Positions 37,494-47,670 of a DNA stretch of 64,000 bases are shown here, piece by piece. The position numbers and the translations under genes were made by a program. Below the pieces are notes generated by a model that was not told the DNA's origin, searched no databases, and saw nothing but the letters and a program-made list of their open reading frames with translations. Source of the stretch: a virus; the IMG/VR virus record IMGVR_UViG_3300021354_000007, positions 3,947 to 67,946 of that record; one strand, written 5' to 3'. Position 1 is the stretch's first letter, and the number at the start of each line of letters is the position of its first letter.

Positions 37494-40363
37494 TGTATTA
37501 TACAGGTGTAGTTGAAGATAGAATGGATCCTCTCAAATTGGGTCGATGTAAAGTTCGTATAATAGGTCTTCATACTGAAAGCAAAGTCGACTTACCTACC
37601 GATGATTTACCATGGGCATATCCAATGCAACCAATTACTTCTGCAGGTATCAGTGGTATTGGTCATGCACCTGTAGGTCCAGTTGAAGGTTCTTGGGTAG
37701 TTGTCATCTTTGCAGATGAAGACCAACAACAACCAATGATGATTGGTACCATAGGTGGTATTCCACAAGATAAAACGGGTATTAATGGTCAAGGTAATAC
37801 CGAAGACTTGGTAACTGGTATTGGTACATCTTCAGTAACTGGTACAAGAACAAAAGATATTTCTCCACCTGATCCATTATCTGAATCTTCTGGGTTGATT
37901 GGTCCACTTGCAAATCTTATCGCAAAAGCAGAATCTGGCAATAAAGGTTATAATGCATTCAATCGTGGAACTGCAAATGGAAAGATTATTCCTGCAGGTG
38001 GAAGCATGAATTTGGTAGATATGCAAATTAGTGAAATTATGGCACTTCAAGCATTACGTCCTGGCGATCCAAATAGGTTATTTGCAGTTGGTAGATATCA
38101 ATGTATTCCAGGAACTTTAAAAGAAGCTGTTAAATCTCTTAATATTGATATCACAAGAAAATTTAATGAAATAACTCAGAATTTAATTTGTCAAGAATAT
38201 TTACTATGTAGAAAAAGATCTGCTTTAGTAGATTATTATAAATCCTCAGATAAAACGAATGCCACATTATTGAAAAATGCAGGTAGAGCCTTATCTGCAG
38301 AATTTGCATCTATTGAAGACCCATTTAACTTAGGGTATCCATATGAAGGTAAGAATGGTAAATATTATAGGGGTGGAAATAGAGCCCATACTATGTGGGA
38401 AAGTCAAATAAAACCTACTTTGCAAGCTGAATGGGAATTTAGAAATGGTGCTAAACCATCTGTAACTGCTCAGTTAGGTGAACCTCCTGTAGAGAATCCA
38501 GAAACTCCATCGACTAAAGGTAGTGCTGATAATCTATTAAGTTCTTTATTAAAAGTTGCAGCAGAAGCAACTAATATTCCTGCACTTGGCGAATTAATGC
38601 CCGATGGAACTTTGAGTACAGGTATTAAAGATGCCAATATTGGTGGTGATGGTTTCAAAGATCCAACTGGTACTTACCCGTTATATGTAAAGGAACCTGA
38701 TACTAATAGACTTGCTATCAATAATAACATTGAAAGCACTATGATTATTCAGAAAGAGGCTGCACTTGATACAGGTGTGTTGATTGCAAATGGTGGTACA
38801 TGGGATCAAAGTCCACCACCATATAATGCACAGTATCCATTCAATCATGTATGGCAATCAGAATCTGGACATCTTCTAGAGTTTGATGACACTGCAGGTT
38901 CTGAACGGGTTCATTTATATCATAAAGCAGGTACATTTACAGAGATAGATGCAAATGGTTCACAGGTCAATAGAATAGTTGGTGATAATTTTGAGATACT
39001 AGAACGAAATGGATTTGTTCATGTTAAAGGTTCTTTAAATGTTACGGTGGATGGTGCATATAACGTAAGGGTAGACAATGCACTTAATTTAGAAGTTTCA
39101 GGTAATGCATTAATTAATATTTTTGACACTGCCGATATTAATATCAGTGGCAATGCTAATATATCTGTAGGTGGTGATTTTAATCTAAGGGCAGCAAATA
39201 TAAATCTGGAATCAGAAGGTGAAATCAATTTAAAATCTAATGATAATACCAATATTCATTCAAGTGCTGATTATAACTTAAAAGCAGGTTCAGTTGTTAA
39301 TGTAGAATCAGGTGCAGATTTAAATATTAAGGGTAATGGTGATACTAATATTTACAGTGTAGGTAATCTGAATCAAAAGGCAGATGGGGATTCTACTCTT
39401 GATATTAAAGGTATACTTGGATTTAATGGACAAAACATCGATGTTATCTCGATAGGGCATTTTAACCTTAACTATTCTACTGCCAATTTAGGTAATGGTG
39501 CAGCAATTGTACCAAGTCTGGAAAATACTCAGTCAACTGCAGAAGCAGGATTATCTAATCTATTACCTCCAGGAGATATACGTGGTACAGGTGATCTACC
39601 TACGTTACCTGCATTATCTGTTACAACACGGGGTGCAGAAGTTGGGTTCGATGATCCAGATGCAGGAGATTCTTCTGATTATAATGCAGGTAGAATCAAT
39701 TCAAATGTGTTATCTGCGGCAGACATATCAGCAAATAAAATTATTGTTGACAAATCAGATATAATAGCAAATTCTTCAACTGCTCCTATAGGTTCTAATT
39801 GTGATTTGATATTCAATATGGATCCTCAGTCATTTAATCCAAATATGAAGTTATCAGAATTCTTTACTCTTGGTGACTTAACTAAAGGTGGGGTTAGAAT
39901 CCCGAGAATATCTTATCCAGTTAAGGGCAAGCATGATGCCGTTGCTAAAATATACAGTCCACAAGAAATTGTATGTAACTTAAAGGGTTTATGTACAAAT
40001 ATTCTTGATCCTATTGCCAAAAAATATGGCAAAGATTCTTTTATTATTACAAGTGGATTTAGAAGACCTATTGTAGGTAATACTCCAGGAGATATGGGTA
40101 TGCATCCTGAAGGTGGTGATCACAATAGAGGTTGTGCTGCTGACTTACAATTTAAAGCAGGTAGGGCACAAATGTTTGAAATTGCAAAGGATTTAGTTAC
40201 ACTATTACCAGCGTGGAATCAAATCATTTTGGAATATGACGGTAAATCAATGTGGATACATGTTGCATTCTATTATGTAGGTAACAAAGGTGATTATTTC
40301 ACTATGAACCATAATGAGAAATATGGTGGAACTTATCCTAAAGGTGGGTTCATACTTATATGA
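37493..40363 (+). CDS. gp5: Baseplate central spike gp5: OB domain, lysozyme-like domain, beta-helix and C-terminal peptidase M15-like domain
   Basis: GVVEDRMDPLKLGRCKVRI; AESG..YNA...AVGRYQ; YPFNHV..SESGH..EFDDT; SGFR...H..G.AAD...WIHV. Confidence 0.93.
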   Translation: MYYTGVVEDRMDPLKLGRCKVRIIGLHTESKVDLPTDDLPWAYPMQPITSAGISGIGHAPVGPVEGSWVVVIFADEDQQQPMMIGTIGGIPQDKTGINGQGNTEDLVTGIGTSSVTGTRTKDISPPDPLSESSGLIGPLANLIAKAESGNKGYNAFNRGTANGKIIPAGGSMNLVDMQISEIMALQALRPGDPNRLFAVGRYQCIPGTLKEAVKSLNIDITRKFNEITQNLICQEYLLCRKRSALVDYYKSSDKTNATLLKNAGRALSAEFASIEDPFNLGYPYEGKNGKYYRGGNRAHTMWESQIKPTLQAEWEFRNGAKPSVTAQLGEPPVENPETPSTKGSADNLLSSLLKVAAEATNIPALGELMPDGTLSTGIKDANIGGDGFKDPTGTYPLYVKEPDTNRLAINNNIESTMIIQKEAALDTGVLIANGGTWDQSPPPYNAQYPFNHVWQSESGHLLEFDDTAGSERVHLYHKAGTFTEIDANGSQVNRIVGDNFEILERNGFVHVKGSLNVTVDGAYNVRVDNALNLEVSGNALINIFDTADINISGNANISVGGDFNLRAANINLESEGEINLKSNDNTNIHSSADYNLKAGSVVNVESGADLNIKGNGDTNIYSVGNLNQKADGDSTLDIKGILGFNGQNIDVISIGHFNLNYSTANLGNGAAIVPSLENTQSTAEAGLSNLLPPGDIRGTGDLPTLPALSVTTRGAEVGFDDPDAGDSSDYNAGRINSNVLSAADISANKIIVDKSDIIANSSTAPIGSNCDLIFNMDPQSFNPNMKLSEFFTLGDLTKGGVRIPRISYPVKGKHDAVAKIYSPQEIVCNLKGLCTNILDPIAKKYGKDSFIITSGFRRPIVGNTPGDMGMHPEGGDHNRGCAADLQFKAGRAQMFEIAKDLVTLLPAWNQIILEYDGKSMWIHVAFYYVGNKGDYFTMNHNEKYGGTYPKGGFILI

Positions 40364-40758
40364 GTGTAAGGATAGGTGGGTCTTTTGATGATTCTGCATT
40401 TGAAGATGGATTTGATATTGGGGTATTATCATCTCAATCAGGTGGAGCATATGTTGCATTAGAAGGAGATTTTAGTATAGGAGAACCACCATTTCCTCCC
40501 ACTGTAGCGATTGGTCCATTTTCAACTAAAACACAAATAAACGGTAAATATATACAATTACAAGGTATAACCCATTATATAACCCATTATGCAGAAACAC
40601 CTGATGGGATTATCGTGCATCCTTCTTCTATGCGAATAGTAACAAGTGGTTCATCTACATTACAAATTGAAGGTTATTATGTTGCAAGAGTTGGTGACTT
40701 CTTGGGTGATGGTGATATGATTGCAGGTCCAGGATCTATAGATACATTTATAGGATAA
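40360..40758 (+). CDS. PAAR-like spike tip protein (gp5.4-like)
   Basis: FPPT, H...H, GS....IEG..VARVGD...GD.IA. Confidence 0.75.
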   Translation: MSVRIGGSFDDSAFEDGFDIGVLSSQSGGAYVALEGDFSIGEPPFPPTVAIGPFSTKTQINGKYIQLQGITHYITHYAETPDGIIVHPSSMRIVTSGSSTLQIEGYYVARVGDFLGDGDMIAGPGSIDTFIG

Positions 40759-40762
40759 AATT

Positions 40763-40954
40763 ATGGAAACACACGACAATAAGTTTTATTATAGTCCAGT
40801 ACCAGATGAAAAAACTTATGAGGAATCTTTAAATAAAGCATCATACCTTGTTGATAACGGATATGTTAACATTACTGATGGACTTACATTTGATACTCTT
40901 GTGAATCACTTAGTTCAATTAAAGCTTTCTAATAAGACCTCACACCAAACCTAA
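40763..40954 (+). CDS. Hypothetical protein
   Basis: Short ORF with AGGA RBS. Confidence 0.55.
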   Translation: METHDNKFYYSPVPDEKTYEESLNKASYLVDNGYVNITDGLTFDTLVNHLVQLKLSNKTSHQT

Positions 40955-40961
40955 CACAGTT

Positions 40962-40992
40962 AGTATACACCATAAACAAAATAAAGTAAAGC
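40962..40992 (-). promoter_or_regulatory. Early-type promoter oriented antisense to gp5.4/gp5
   Basis: Minus strand GCTTTACT-17 nt-TATACT, same consensus as the early promoters. Confidence 0.6.
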
Positions 40993-41041
40993 CCTTTCTG
41001 AAAAATAATTATAAATAATACATATTAATTAGGATAATAAA

Positions 41042-41434
41042 ATGTCAAGGAACACTAGATTATTTTCAGACATAGACCTGAACTTTACAGCACATCCAGT
41101 TACAGGTGATATTAATATTCGGTATGATGAAGATGCTATAAAGAATTCTGTTAAGAATCTCATATTAACTCAGAATTATGAAAGACCATTTCATTCTGAT
41201 ATTGGTACTCCTGTCCATGGTTTATTGTTCGATTTACAAACTCCATTATTGGTAATCACAATAAAACGTGCAATTACAGATTTAATATTCAATTATGAAC
41301 AAAGAGTAAATTTGATTGATGTTAAAGTTGACATATCACCTGAAAACCAATCAGTTTACATTACAATAATTTTCACAATACTAAACACAGTATCACCATT
41401 AACTCTGGATATTACTTTAGAAAGGACTAGGTAA
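41042..41434 (+). CDS. gp25: Baseplate wedge subunit gp25
   Basis: FSDIDL.F..HPVTGD, AIKNSVKNLILT...ERPF, YE.RV, LERTR; TATAAATA at about 41010. Confidence 0.95.
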   Translation: MSRNTRLFSDIDLNFTAHPVTGDINIRYDEDAIKNSVKNLILTQNYERPFHSDIGTPVHGLLFDLQTPLLVITIKRAITDLIFNYEQRVNLIDVKVDISPENQSVYITIIFTILNTVSPLTLDITLERTR

Positions 41435-41436
41435 AA

Positions 41437-43260
41437 ATGGCAAGTAAAAAGATTAATTATACAGAGTTAGACTTTGATGGAATAAGGAATAATTTAATAG
41501 AGTTCTTGAAAGGACAGAGTACTTTCACAGATTACAATTTTGAAGGTTCAGGTCTATCTGTATTAATAGACCTATTGTCATATAACACGATGTATAATGG
41601 TGTTTATAATAACCTTTCAATTAATGAAATGTTTTTAGATTCGGCAAGAAAAAGAAACAGTGTCGTTTCTATATCCAAGGAATTGGGATATAGACCTCAG
41701 TCTGCAACTTGTGCTACTGCCACTGTAAATATTACGATGACAAGTGCTTCACCAACTACATTTATAATTCCAGCAAACACACCATTCCTCACAACTATAG
41801 ATGGTGTTACATACACATTTTATAATAGTTCTGTACTTAGTAGCAATACAACAGCATTATCATACATATTCCAAAATATAGTGTTGACAGAAAAGAAAGA
41901 TATATTAACATTCGATTATAATGCAGGTACTAATACAAAATATATTATACCAAATAAAGATGTAGATTTAAATACATTAAATGTACGTGTCCAAGATAGC
42001 ATTTCATCTTCAACAATAACCACATTCACAATATCCAATAATATTGTAGATATTACTTCTACATCCAATGTTTATTGGGTAAAGGAGATTGATGATGGTT
42101 CGTATGAACTTACATTTGGTAATGGTAAAATAGGTACAGCATTGTCTGATGGTAATATCGTCAAATTAGACTATTGTGTATCTAGTTTGGAAGCACCGAA
42201 TGGTGCTAAGTTATTTACGTATGGGGGAACATTAATTCCAGGTGTTTATACGTCAATAATTACTCAGAGTGCTGCATCAGGTGGTTCAAGTGCAGAAGAT
42301 ATAGAATCAATTCGTTATAATGCACCAAGAGCTCATTCTGCACAGAACAGAGGTGTAACTATAGATGATTATAAGGCATTAATATATTCTAATTTCCCCG
42401 ATGCAAAATCTGTGTCTGCGTGGAGTGGTGAAGACAACATACCACCTGTTTATGGTAAAACCTATATTTGTGTTAAACCTAAGAATTCTGATGTATTAAC
42501 TAATGCCCAAAAAGATACAATTATAAAATCAATACTTGCCCAAAGAAATGTTGTCACTATAACTCCTGTTATAGTTGATCCAGAGATCATTAACATCATA
42601 CTGAATGTTACTGTATATTATAATGAACTTACAACTACAAGAACTGCAGAAACTATCAGACAATTGATTATTGCATCATTGGTCAATTACAATTCAACCG
42701 AGTTGCAGAAATTTGATGGTATCTTTAGGTATTCAAAAGTAAGTAAATTAATCGATAATACTGAAAGTTCAATAATAAATAATATAACCACAGTAACACT
42801 AAAGAGATACGTTACTCCAAAATATAATATTCTATCTAATTATGTAATTAACTTAATAAATCCAATTTATTATTCTGGTGCAGCAGAGGATATTGTTATA
42901 TCTACTGGATTTTATATTGAGGGTAGTTCAGAGATACATTACTTAGTTGATGATGGTGTAGGTAAAATAATATTATTCAATAAAAAAGATGTTAACTATA
43001 GAACAGTAGTAAATCCTTCTATAGGTACAGTAGATTATGCACGGGGTGTTATAACAATAGTAGGTCTTAAAATTAATTCTATTGTAGGTGATTATTTTAC
43101 ATTCTATATCAAACCCAGTTCTAATGATGTAGTTTCGGCATTAACACAAATTGCAGAATTATCTATTGATGACTTGAATGTTAATGTTATATCAGATAAG
43201 ACTAGTAGTGGTGATTTAAGAGGCGGTCAAAATTATACCTTTACTTCAAGTAGAACATAA
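41437..43260 (+). CDS. gp6: Baseplate wedge subunit gp6
   Basis: ELDFD.I..NL, DYNFEGSGLSVLIDLLSYNT, FLDSA..R.SVVS, AQNR.VT..DY, PPVYGK. Confidence 0.95.
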   Translation: MASKKINYTELDFDGIRNNLIEFLKGQSTFTDYNFEGSGLSVLIDLLSYNTMYNGVYNNLSINEMFLDSARKRNSVVSISKELGYRPQSATCATATVNITMTSASPTTFIIPANTPFLTTIDGVTYTFYNSSVLSSNTTALSYIFQNIVLTEKKDILTFDYNAGTNTKYIIPNKDVDLNTLNVRVQDSISSSTITTFTISNNIVDITSTSNVYWVKEIDDGSYELTFGNGKIGTALSDGNIVKLDYCVSSLEAPNGAKLFTYGGTLIPGVYTSIITQSAASGGSSAEDIESIRYNAPRAHSAQNRGVTIDDYKALIYSNFPDAKSVSAWSGEDNIPPVYGKTYICVKPKNSDVLTNAQKDTIIKSILAQRNVVTITPVIVDPEIINIILNVTVYYNELTTTRTAETIRQLIIASLVNYNSTELQKFDGIFRYSKVSKLIDNTESSIINNITTVTLKRYVTPKYNILSNYVINLINPIYYSGAAEDIVISTGFYIEGSSEIHYLVDDGVGKIILFNKKDVNYRTVVNPSIGTVDYARGVITIVGLKINSIVGDYFTFYIKPSSNDVVSALTQIAELSIDDLNVNVISDKTSSGDLRGGQNYTFTSSRT

Positions 43261-44975
43261 TGTCAATAATTAAACCAAAAATATCATCATTAGTTCCATC
43301 GCAACTTCCTGAATTTATTCGGGAGGATTACCAAACTTTTGTTGCCTTTTTGGAGGCATATTACCAGTTCTTAGAACGTGATGTAATAGTTGATTTTAAT
43401 TCTATTGGTGATATAGACAAAACCTTAGATTCATTTATTGTTTATTTCAAGAATGAATTGGCGTTGAATTTTCCAAGTTTGAATGTTGATGATAGATTCT
43501 TATTACCTAAAATAAAAGAATTATATACAGCAAAAGGTTCTGAAGCATCATATAGACTTCTGTTTAGATTACTATATGGTAAAGAAATACAAATTGATTA
43601 TCCTTCTACTCAGATGCTTAGAGTATCTGATGGTAAATGGGTTCAAGATACATCAATATTTGTAAACATAACAGTTGGTACTCCTGATAGTGTAGTTGGT
43701 CAGATAATAAAAATCTCTACTTATGATAAAACTATAAGAGTATTCATTGATAGTTATAAAACTACAAGCGATCCCAATGTTTATGAATTGTTTATAACAG
43801 GCGGGTGGACAGGAATATTTGGAGTTGGGTCTGCAGTATCATTCAATACTACATTTGCAGGTTCTATAAAAGCGACTACCAAAACTGTATCTATAACACA
43901 ATCTGGCAAGAATTTCTCTGTTGGACAAGTGTATGCCTTAGGTGGAACTGGAACTGGAACTGGAACTGGGTCTTCAATTGTTATCTTAAAGGTAGATAAT
44001 AATGGTGGTATATTACTTGCAAAACTAATTTCGTTTGGTATCGAGTATACGAATAACTTTACCACTAGTATTTTATCATCATCTTCTGCATTAATTGCTC
44101 AAAACTATTTTACAATCAATGCAGGTGGTACTTCACCTATTACACAAACGGTAAAAATATCAGATTCTATTACACAGTTAAGTGATTATGGAGTTATCAA
44201 TTCGTATAATTATACATCAGATACAATACCATATGTAGAACCCTCATATGCAGGAACTATAATTAGTTCATTTAATAATGTAACTTCTTATGCATTACCA
44301 AATCAGTTAGATTACGCAATTGTTTCTATAGAGATTGGGTCTTTTGCAAAATATCCTGGATATTATAAAAATGATGATGGGTTTTTAGATAGTACTCAAT
44401 ATATTCAAGATAGTAAATTCTATCAGGCATTTTCTTATGTTATTAAAATAGATGAAAAGTTTGAATCTTACAAATCGGTTGTAAGGAATTTATTACATCC
44501 ATCAGGAACATCATTATTTGGAGAATACCAAATAACTAAAGTAAGTGATTTGAGTTCAACTGCCCAAACATCGGCAGGATCATTATTAACATTACGTGGT
44601 ATAAATCTTGTTACCTCAAGTGGAAAAATACTAGGAACTAAATATGGAATAATTAATACAGTTTCTTCTTTAGCAAGTTCTACTACGGTATTACCACATA
44701 CTACATTAACTGGTTTTATTACACTTCCTATTAATGCAATTGCATCTAATACAACAGTATTACCACGTACTACATTAACTGATTTTGTTGCATCATCCCC
44801 TACTACTACAATTACAAATAATACTACATTAGCATCAAGTGCGACAACCCAATATATAGGATTATTACAAATTTCTAATGGGGTCACTGTTACAATTCCT
44901 GCAACATCTATTTTGTTAATAAATCTTAATCGGATTACTGTAACTAGTGGAACTGTAACGGTAACTATTACATAA
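43260..44975 (+). CDS. gp7: Baseplate wedge initiator (gp7-like)
   Basis: SQLPEFIREDY, KGSE.SY..LFR.LYG, SDGKW, IQDS.FYQ.FSYVIK, LLHPSG. Confidence 0.8.
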   Translation: MSIIKPKISSLVPSQLPEFIREDYQTFVAFLEAYYQFLERDVIVDFNSIGDIDKTLDSFIVYFKNELALNFPSLNVDDRFLLPKIKELYTAKGSEASYRLLFRLLYGKEIQIDYPSTQMLRVSDGKWVQDTSIFVNITVGTPDSVVGQIIKISTYDKTIRVFIDSYKTTSDPNVYELFITGGWTGIFGVGSAVSFNTTFAGSIKATTKTVSITQSGKNFSVGQVYALGGTGTGTGTGSSIVILKVDNNGGILLAKLISFGIEYTNNFTTSILSSSSALIAQNYFTINAGGTSPITQTVKISDSITQLSDYGVINSYNYTSDTIPYVEPSYAGTIISSFNNVTSYALPNQLDYAIVSIEIGSFAKYPGYYKNDDGFLDSTQYIQDSKFYQAFSYVIKIDEKFESYKSVVRNLLHPSGTSLFGEYQITKVSDLSSTAQTSAGSLLTLRGINLVTSSGKILGTKYGIINTVSSLASSTTVLPHTTLTGFITLPINAIASNTTVLPRTTLTDFVASSPTTTITNNTTLASSATTQYIGLLQISNGVTVTIPATSILLINLNRITVTSGTVTVTIT

Positions 44976-45005
44976 TAAATAGATAAACAAACTAAGAGAA
45001 CTAAA

Positions 45006-45647
45006 ATGATCAATGATAATTTTTCAGTAAAGGGTGATGTGCACGTCACTGTATATGATGAAAATGGTAATATTAAAGAAGAACGCGATATACTTAATTT
45101 AGTAGTAACTACTGGAAAAAAGTTTCTTGCCAATAAACTTGCTGCACCTGCTCAATTAATATGGAATTCTGCTGTAACATTGGCACAACAATTCTATTAC
45201 AATGGTTATTTGTACACAGTAACTACTGCTGGTACTTTACCTGCAACTCCTGCATCATTGACCACTACCTTGTTGGCATCCACTACTTTATCTACTGGAG
45301 TTGTACTTAAATGTGATGCTGATTTGACAACTGATGGTGTTGCTATACAATATATGGCAATAGGTACTAGTTCAACAACACCTACTGTAATTGATACTTC
45401 TCTTGGATCACAACTTGCAAGCAGGCGACCTGTATCTGTTTCGTATACGTCAGGTATTGGAGTTGCTGCAAAGGTAGTATATTCTGCGTCATTTCCAGGG
45501 TCTACATTTGCGTCAACTGCAGTAACAGAAGCAGGTTTGTTTTGTTCATCGACGAGTGGTATATTAGTTTGCCGAACAATATTTGGTTCATTTCCAATTT
45601 TATCCTCTGATACAATAGGCATCAGTTGGACACTCTCAATTCTTTAA
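45006..45647 (+). CDS. Virion structural protein
   Basis: NLVVTTGK, MAIGT, TEAGLF, CRT.F, ISWTL. Confidence 0.65.
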   Translation: MINDNFSVKGDVHVTVYDENGNIKEERDILNLVVTTGKKFLANKLAAPAQLIWNSAVTLAQQFYYNGYLYTVTTAGTLPATPASLTTTLLASTTLSTGVVLKCDADLTTDGVAIQYMAIGTSSTTPTVIDTSLGSQLASRRPVSVSYTSGIGVAAKVVYSASFPGSTFASTAVTEAGLFCSSTSGILVCRTIFGSFPILSSDTIGISWTLSIL

Positions 45648-45657
45648 TGGAACAATA

Positions 45658-47634
45658 ATGTCAAATTCATTACTAAGGTCTATTTCTCATAATTCATTTG
45701 CTGATAGTATATTATTAGATATAACAAATAGAACTACAAGATATTATCATTATTTTGGTAAGGTTGCACCGTGGTCTTCTGATTCTAATCCATTACCAGC
45801 AATAGATTCTAATAGTTATGAACATTCCGTTCGTAATGAAATGGTTATGATGAAAGAAATTTCACCTGCGGATGTGTCATTTGTTATACCAAGAAATAAT
45901 TGGGTAACTGGATTTGCTTATGATCAGTATGACGATTCATACTCAACAGAAATACATGGTATAGATTTACGATCTTCAGGTGCTGGATACACTGTACCTA
46001 TAGTTACAATTGGTACAGTATTACCATCAAACACAACAGTTTCTTTAAATGATCAGTATTACTATGTTATTGGTGGTATAGGATATGTTTACACTGTAAC
46101 TACTGCAGGAACTACTGGAGACAATGGTTCTGTCGGTAATACTATAGGTGTAGCATATGCTTCGGGTACTGCAATATTAACATGTGTAGGTAACCAAGCA
46201 ACTGCAACTGCTCAATTGGGGACATTAACTTACATAGATAAAATAGTTTCTGTGACTATGACATATAATGGTTCTGGATATATAACACCACCGACAGTTA
46301 CTATTACAGATTCTACTGGAGGTGGAGCAGTTTCAGTTTCAGTTATGGTAAGAGGATCTTTATTAGGATTCCCATTAGTTAAATCATATGCTTTAGAAGA
46401 TAGTAGATACTATGTTTACAATAGTTCTACAAATGCAGTTTATATTTGTATATACAATAACGAAGGTGGATTATCTACTGTAGCACCTACAGGAACTAGT
46501 CCTACTATTTTAAATACTGCCGATGGGTATAAATGGAAATATATCTATTCTCTTGATACAGTAAATAAATTTATCACTTCAAAATATCTACCTATTATCA
46601 CCGCATCTAAAAACAGTTATACACCAGTTGGAAGTATTGTAGGTGTAAGTATTGATAGTGGTGGATCTGGTTATTCTGGAAATACTGTTAATATTATTGG
46701 TGATGGTACAAGTGCAATAATAACACCTACAATTACTGATGGAGTTATAACTGGTGCTATCGTAACAAATCCAGGATCTGGGTATACATATGCAAATTTA
46801 AGTCTATCTGCGGGTGGATCGGGTGCAGCATTATCCCCTTGGTTATTCAATGGTACTATTGCTCTCAATGCACAATTCGAATCAGAATCACAAGCAGTTA
46901 TAGGAAACTTATTGGGTATTTCTGTTATATCTGGTGGTTATGGATATTCATACGCAACTGCTATTATTATAGGAAATGGTACGGATGCAACTGCAACAGT
47001 GACAGTGTCTAGTGGTAGAGTTACAAAATTAACAATCACTAACAGAGGAACTGGTTACAATTGGGCAAACATTGTAATTAGTGGTGATGGATACGGTGCG
47101 ACTGCCAGACCAGTTTTATCTCCATACGGTGGACTTGGAAAGGATCCTGTGAATCAATTTGCATCTAAATCTTTGATGTTCTATTCGGATTTATCTTATA
47201 ATTTGAATCAAGGTCTTTCATTAGCTAATGATTACAGACAAATAGGTATTATAAAAGATCCTGTTCGTTATAGTGATAAGAAAACATTAAAATCTAATTT
47301 TGCTACTTGCTGCTGGAAAATAGATTCGGGGAGCACTATATCAGATGTTGCACTTGATGATATTGTTACTACATATTCTAACTCGGTGTTATATTCTTTT
47401 AGAGTAGTTTATGTAAGTGGATCAAGTATTTTATTGATACCGATAGATAATGGTATCCCAACATTAGGTATGCAGTTCACTAAACCAGTTACTTCGGGTA
47501 CTGCTCCTACATTTACTGCAAATGCGGTTGTTCCACCTTCTGTTGACAAATATTCTGGTGATATAGTGACGATAGATAACGAAGTGTCATTCAATGCATA
47601 CTCTGCTGTTATTAGAACTATTGTAAATTTCTAA
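45658..47634 (+). CDS. gp8: Baseplate wedge subunit (gp8-like)
   Basis: VIPRNNW..G..YDQYDD, VYICIYN, TADGYKWKYIY, NDYRQIGIIKDP, DKYSGD. Confidence 0.85.
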   Translation: MSNSLLRSISHNSFADSILLDITNRTTRYYHYFGKVAPWSSDSNPLPAIDSNSYEHSVRNEMVMMKEISPADVSFVIPRNNWVTGFAYDQYDDSYSTEIHGIDLRSSGAGYTVPIVTIGTVLPSNTTVSLNDQYYYVIGGIGYVYTVTTAGTTGDNGSVGNTIGVAYASGTAILTCVGNQATATAQLGTLTYIDKIVSVTMTYNGSGYITPPTVTITDSTGGGAVSVSVMVRGSLLGFPLVKSYALEDSRYYVYNSSTNAVYICIYNNEGGLSTVAPTGTSPTILNTADGYKWKYIYSLDTVNKFITSKYLPIITASKNSYTPVGSIVGVSIDSGGSGYSGNTVNIIGDGTSAIITPTITDGVITGAIVTNPGSGYTYANLSLSAGGSGAALSPWLFNGTIALNAQFESESQAVIGNLLGISVISGGYGYSYATAIIIGNGTDATATVTVSSGRVTKLTITNRGTGYNWANIVISGDGYGATARPVLSPYGGLGKDPVNQFASKSLMFYSDLSYNLNQGLSLANDYRQIGIIKDPVRYSDKKTLKSNFATCCWKIDSGSTISDVALDDIVTTYSNSVLYSFRVVYVSGSSILLIPIDNGIPTLGMQFTKPVTSGTAPTFTANAVVPPSVDKYSGDIVTIDNEVSFNAYSAVIRTIVNF

Positions 47635-47670
47635 TAAATAATAAAAACTAACAATCTCAGGACAGAATAA

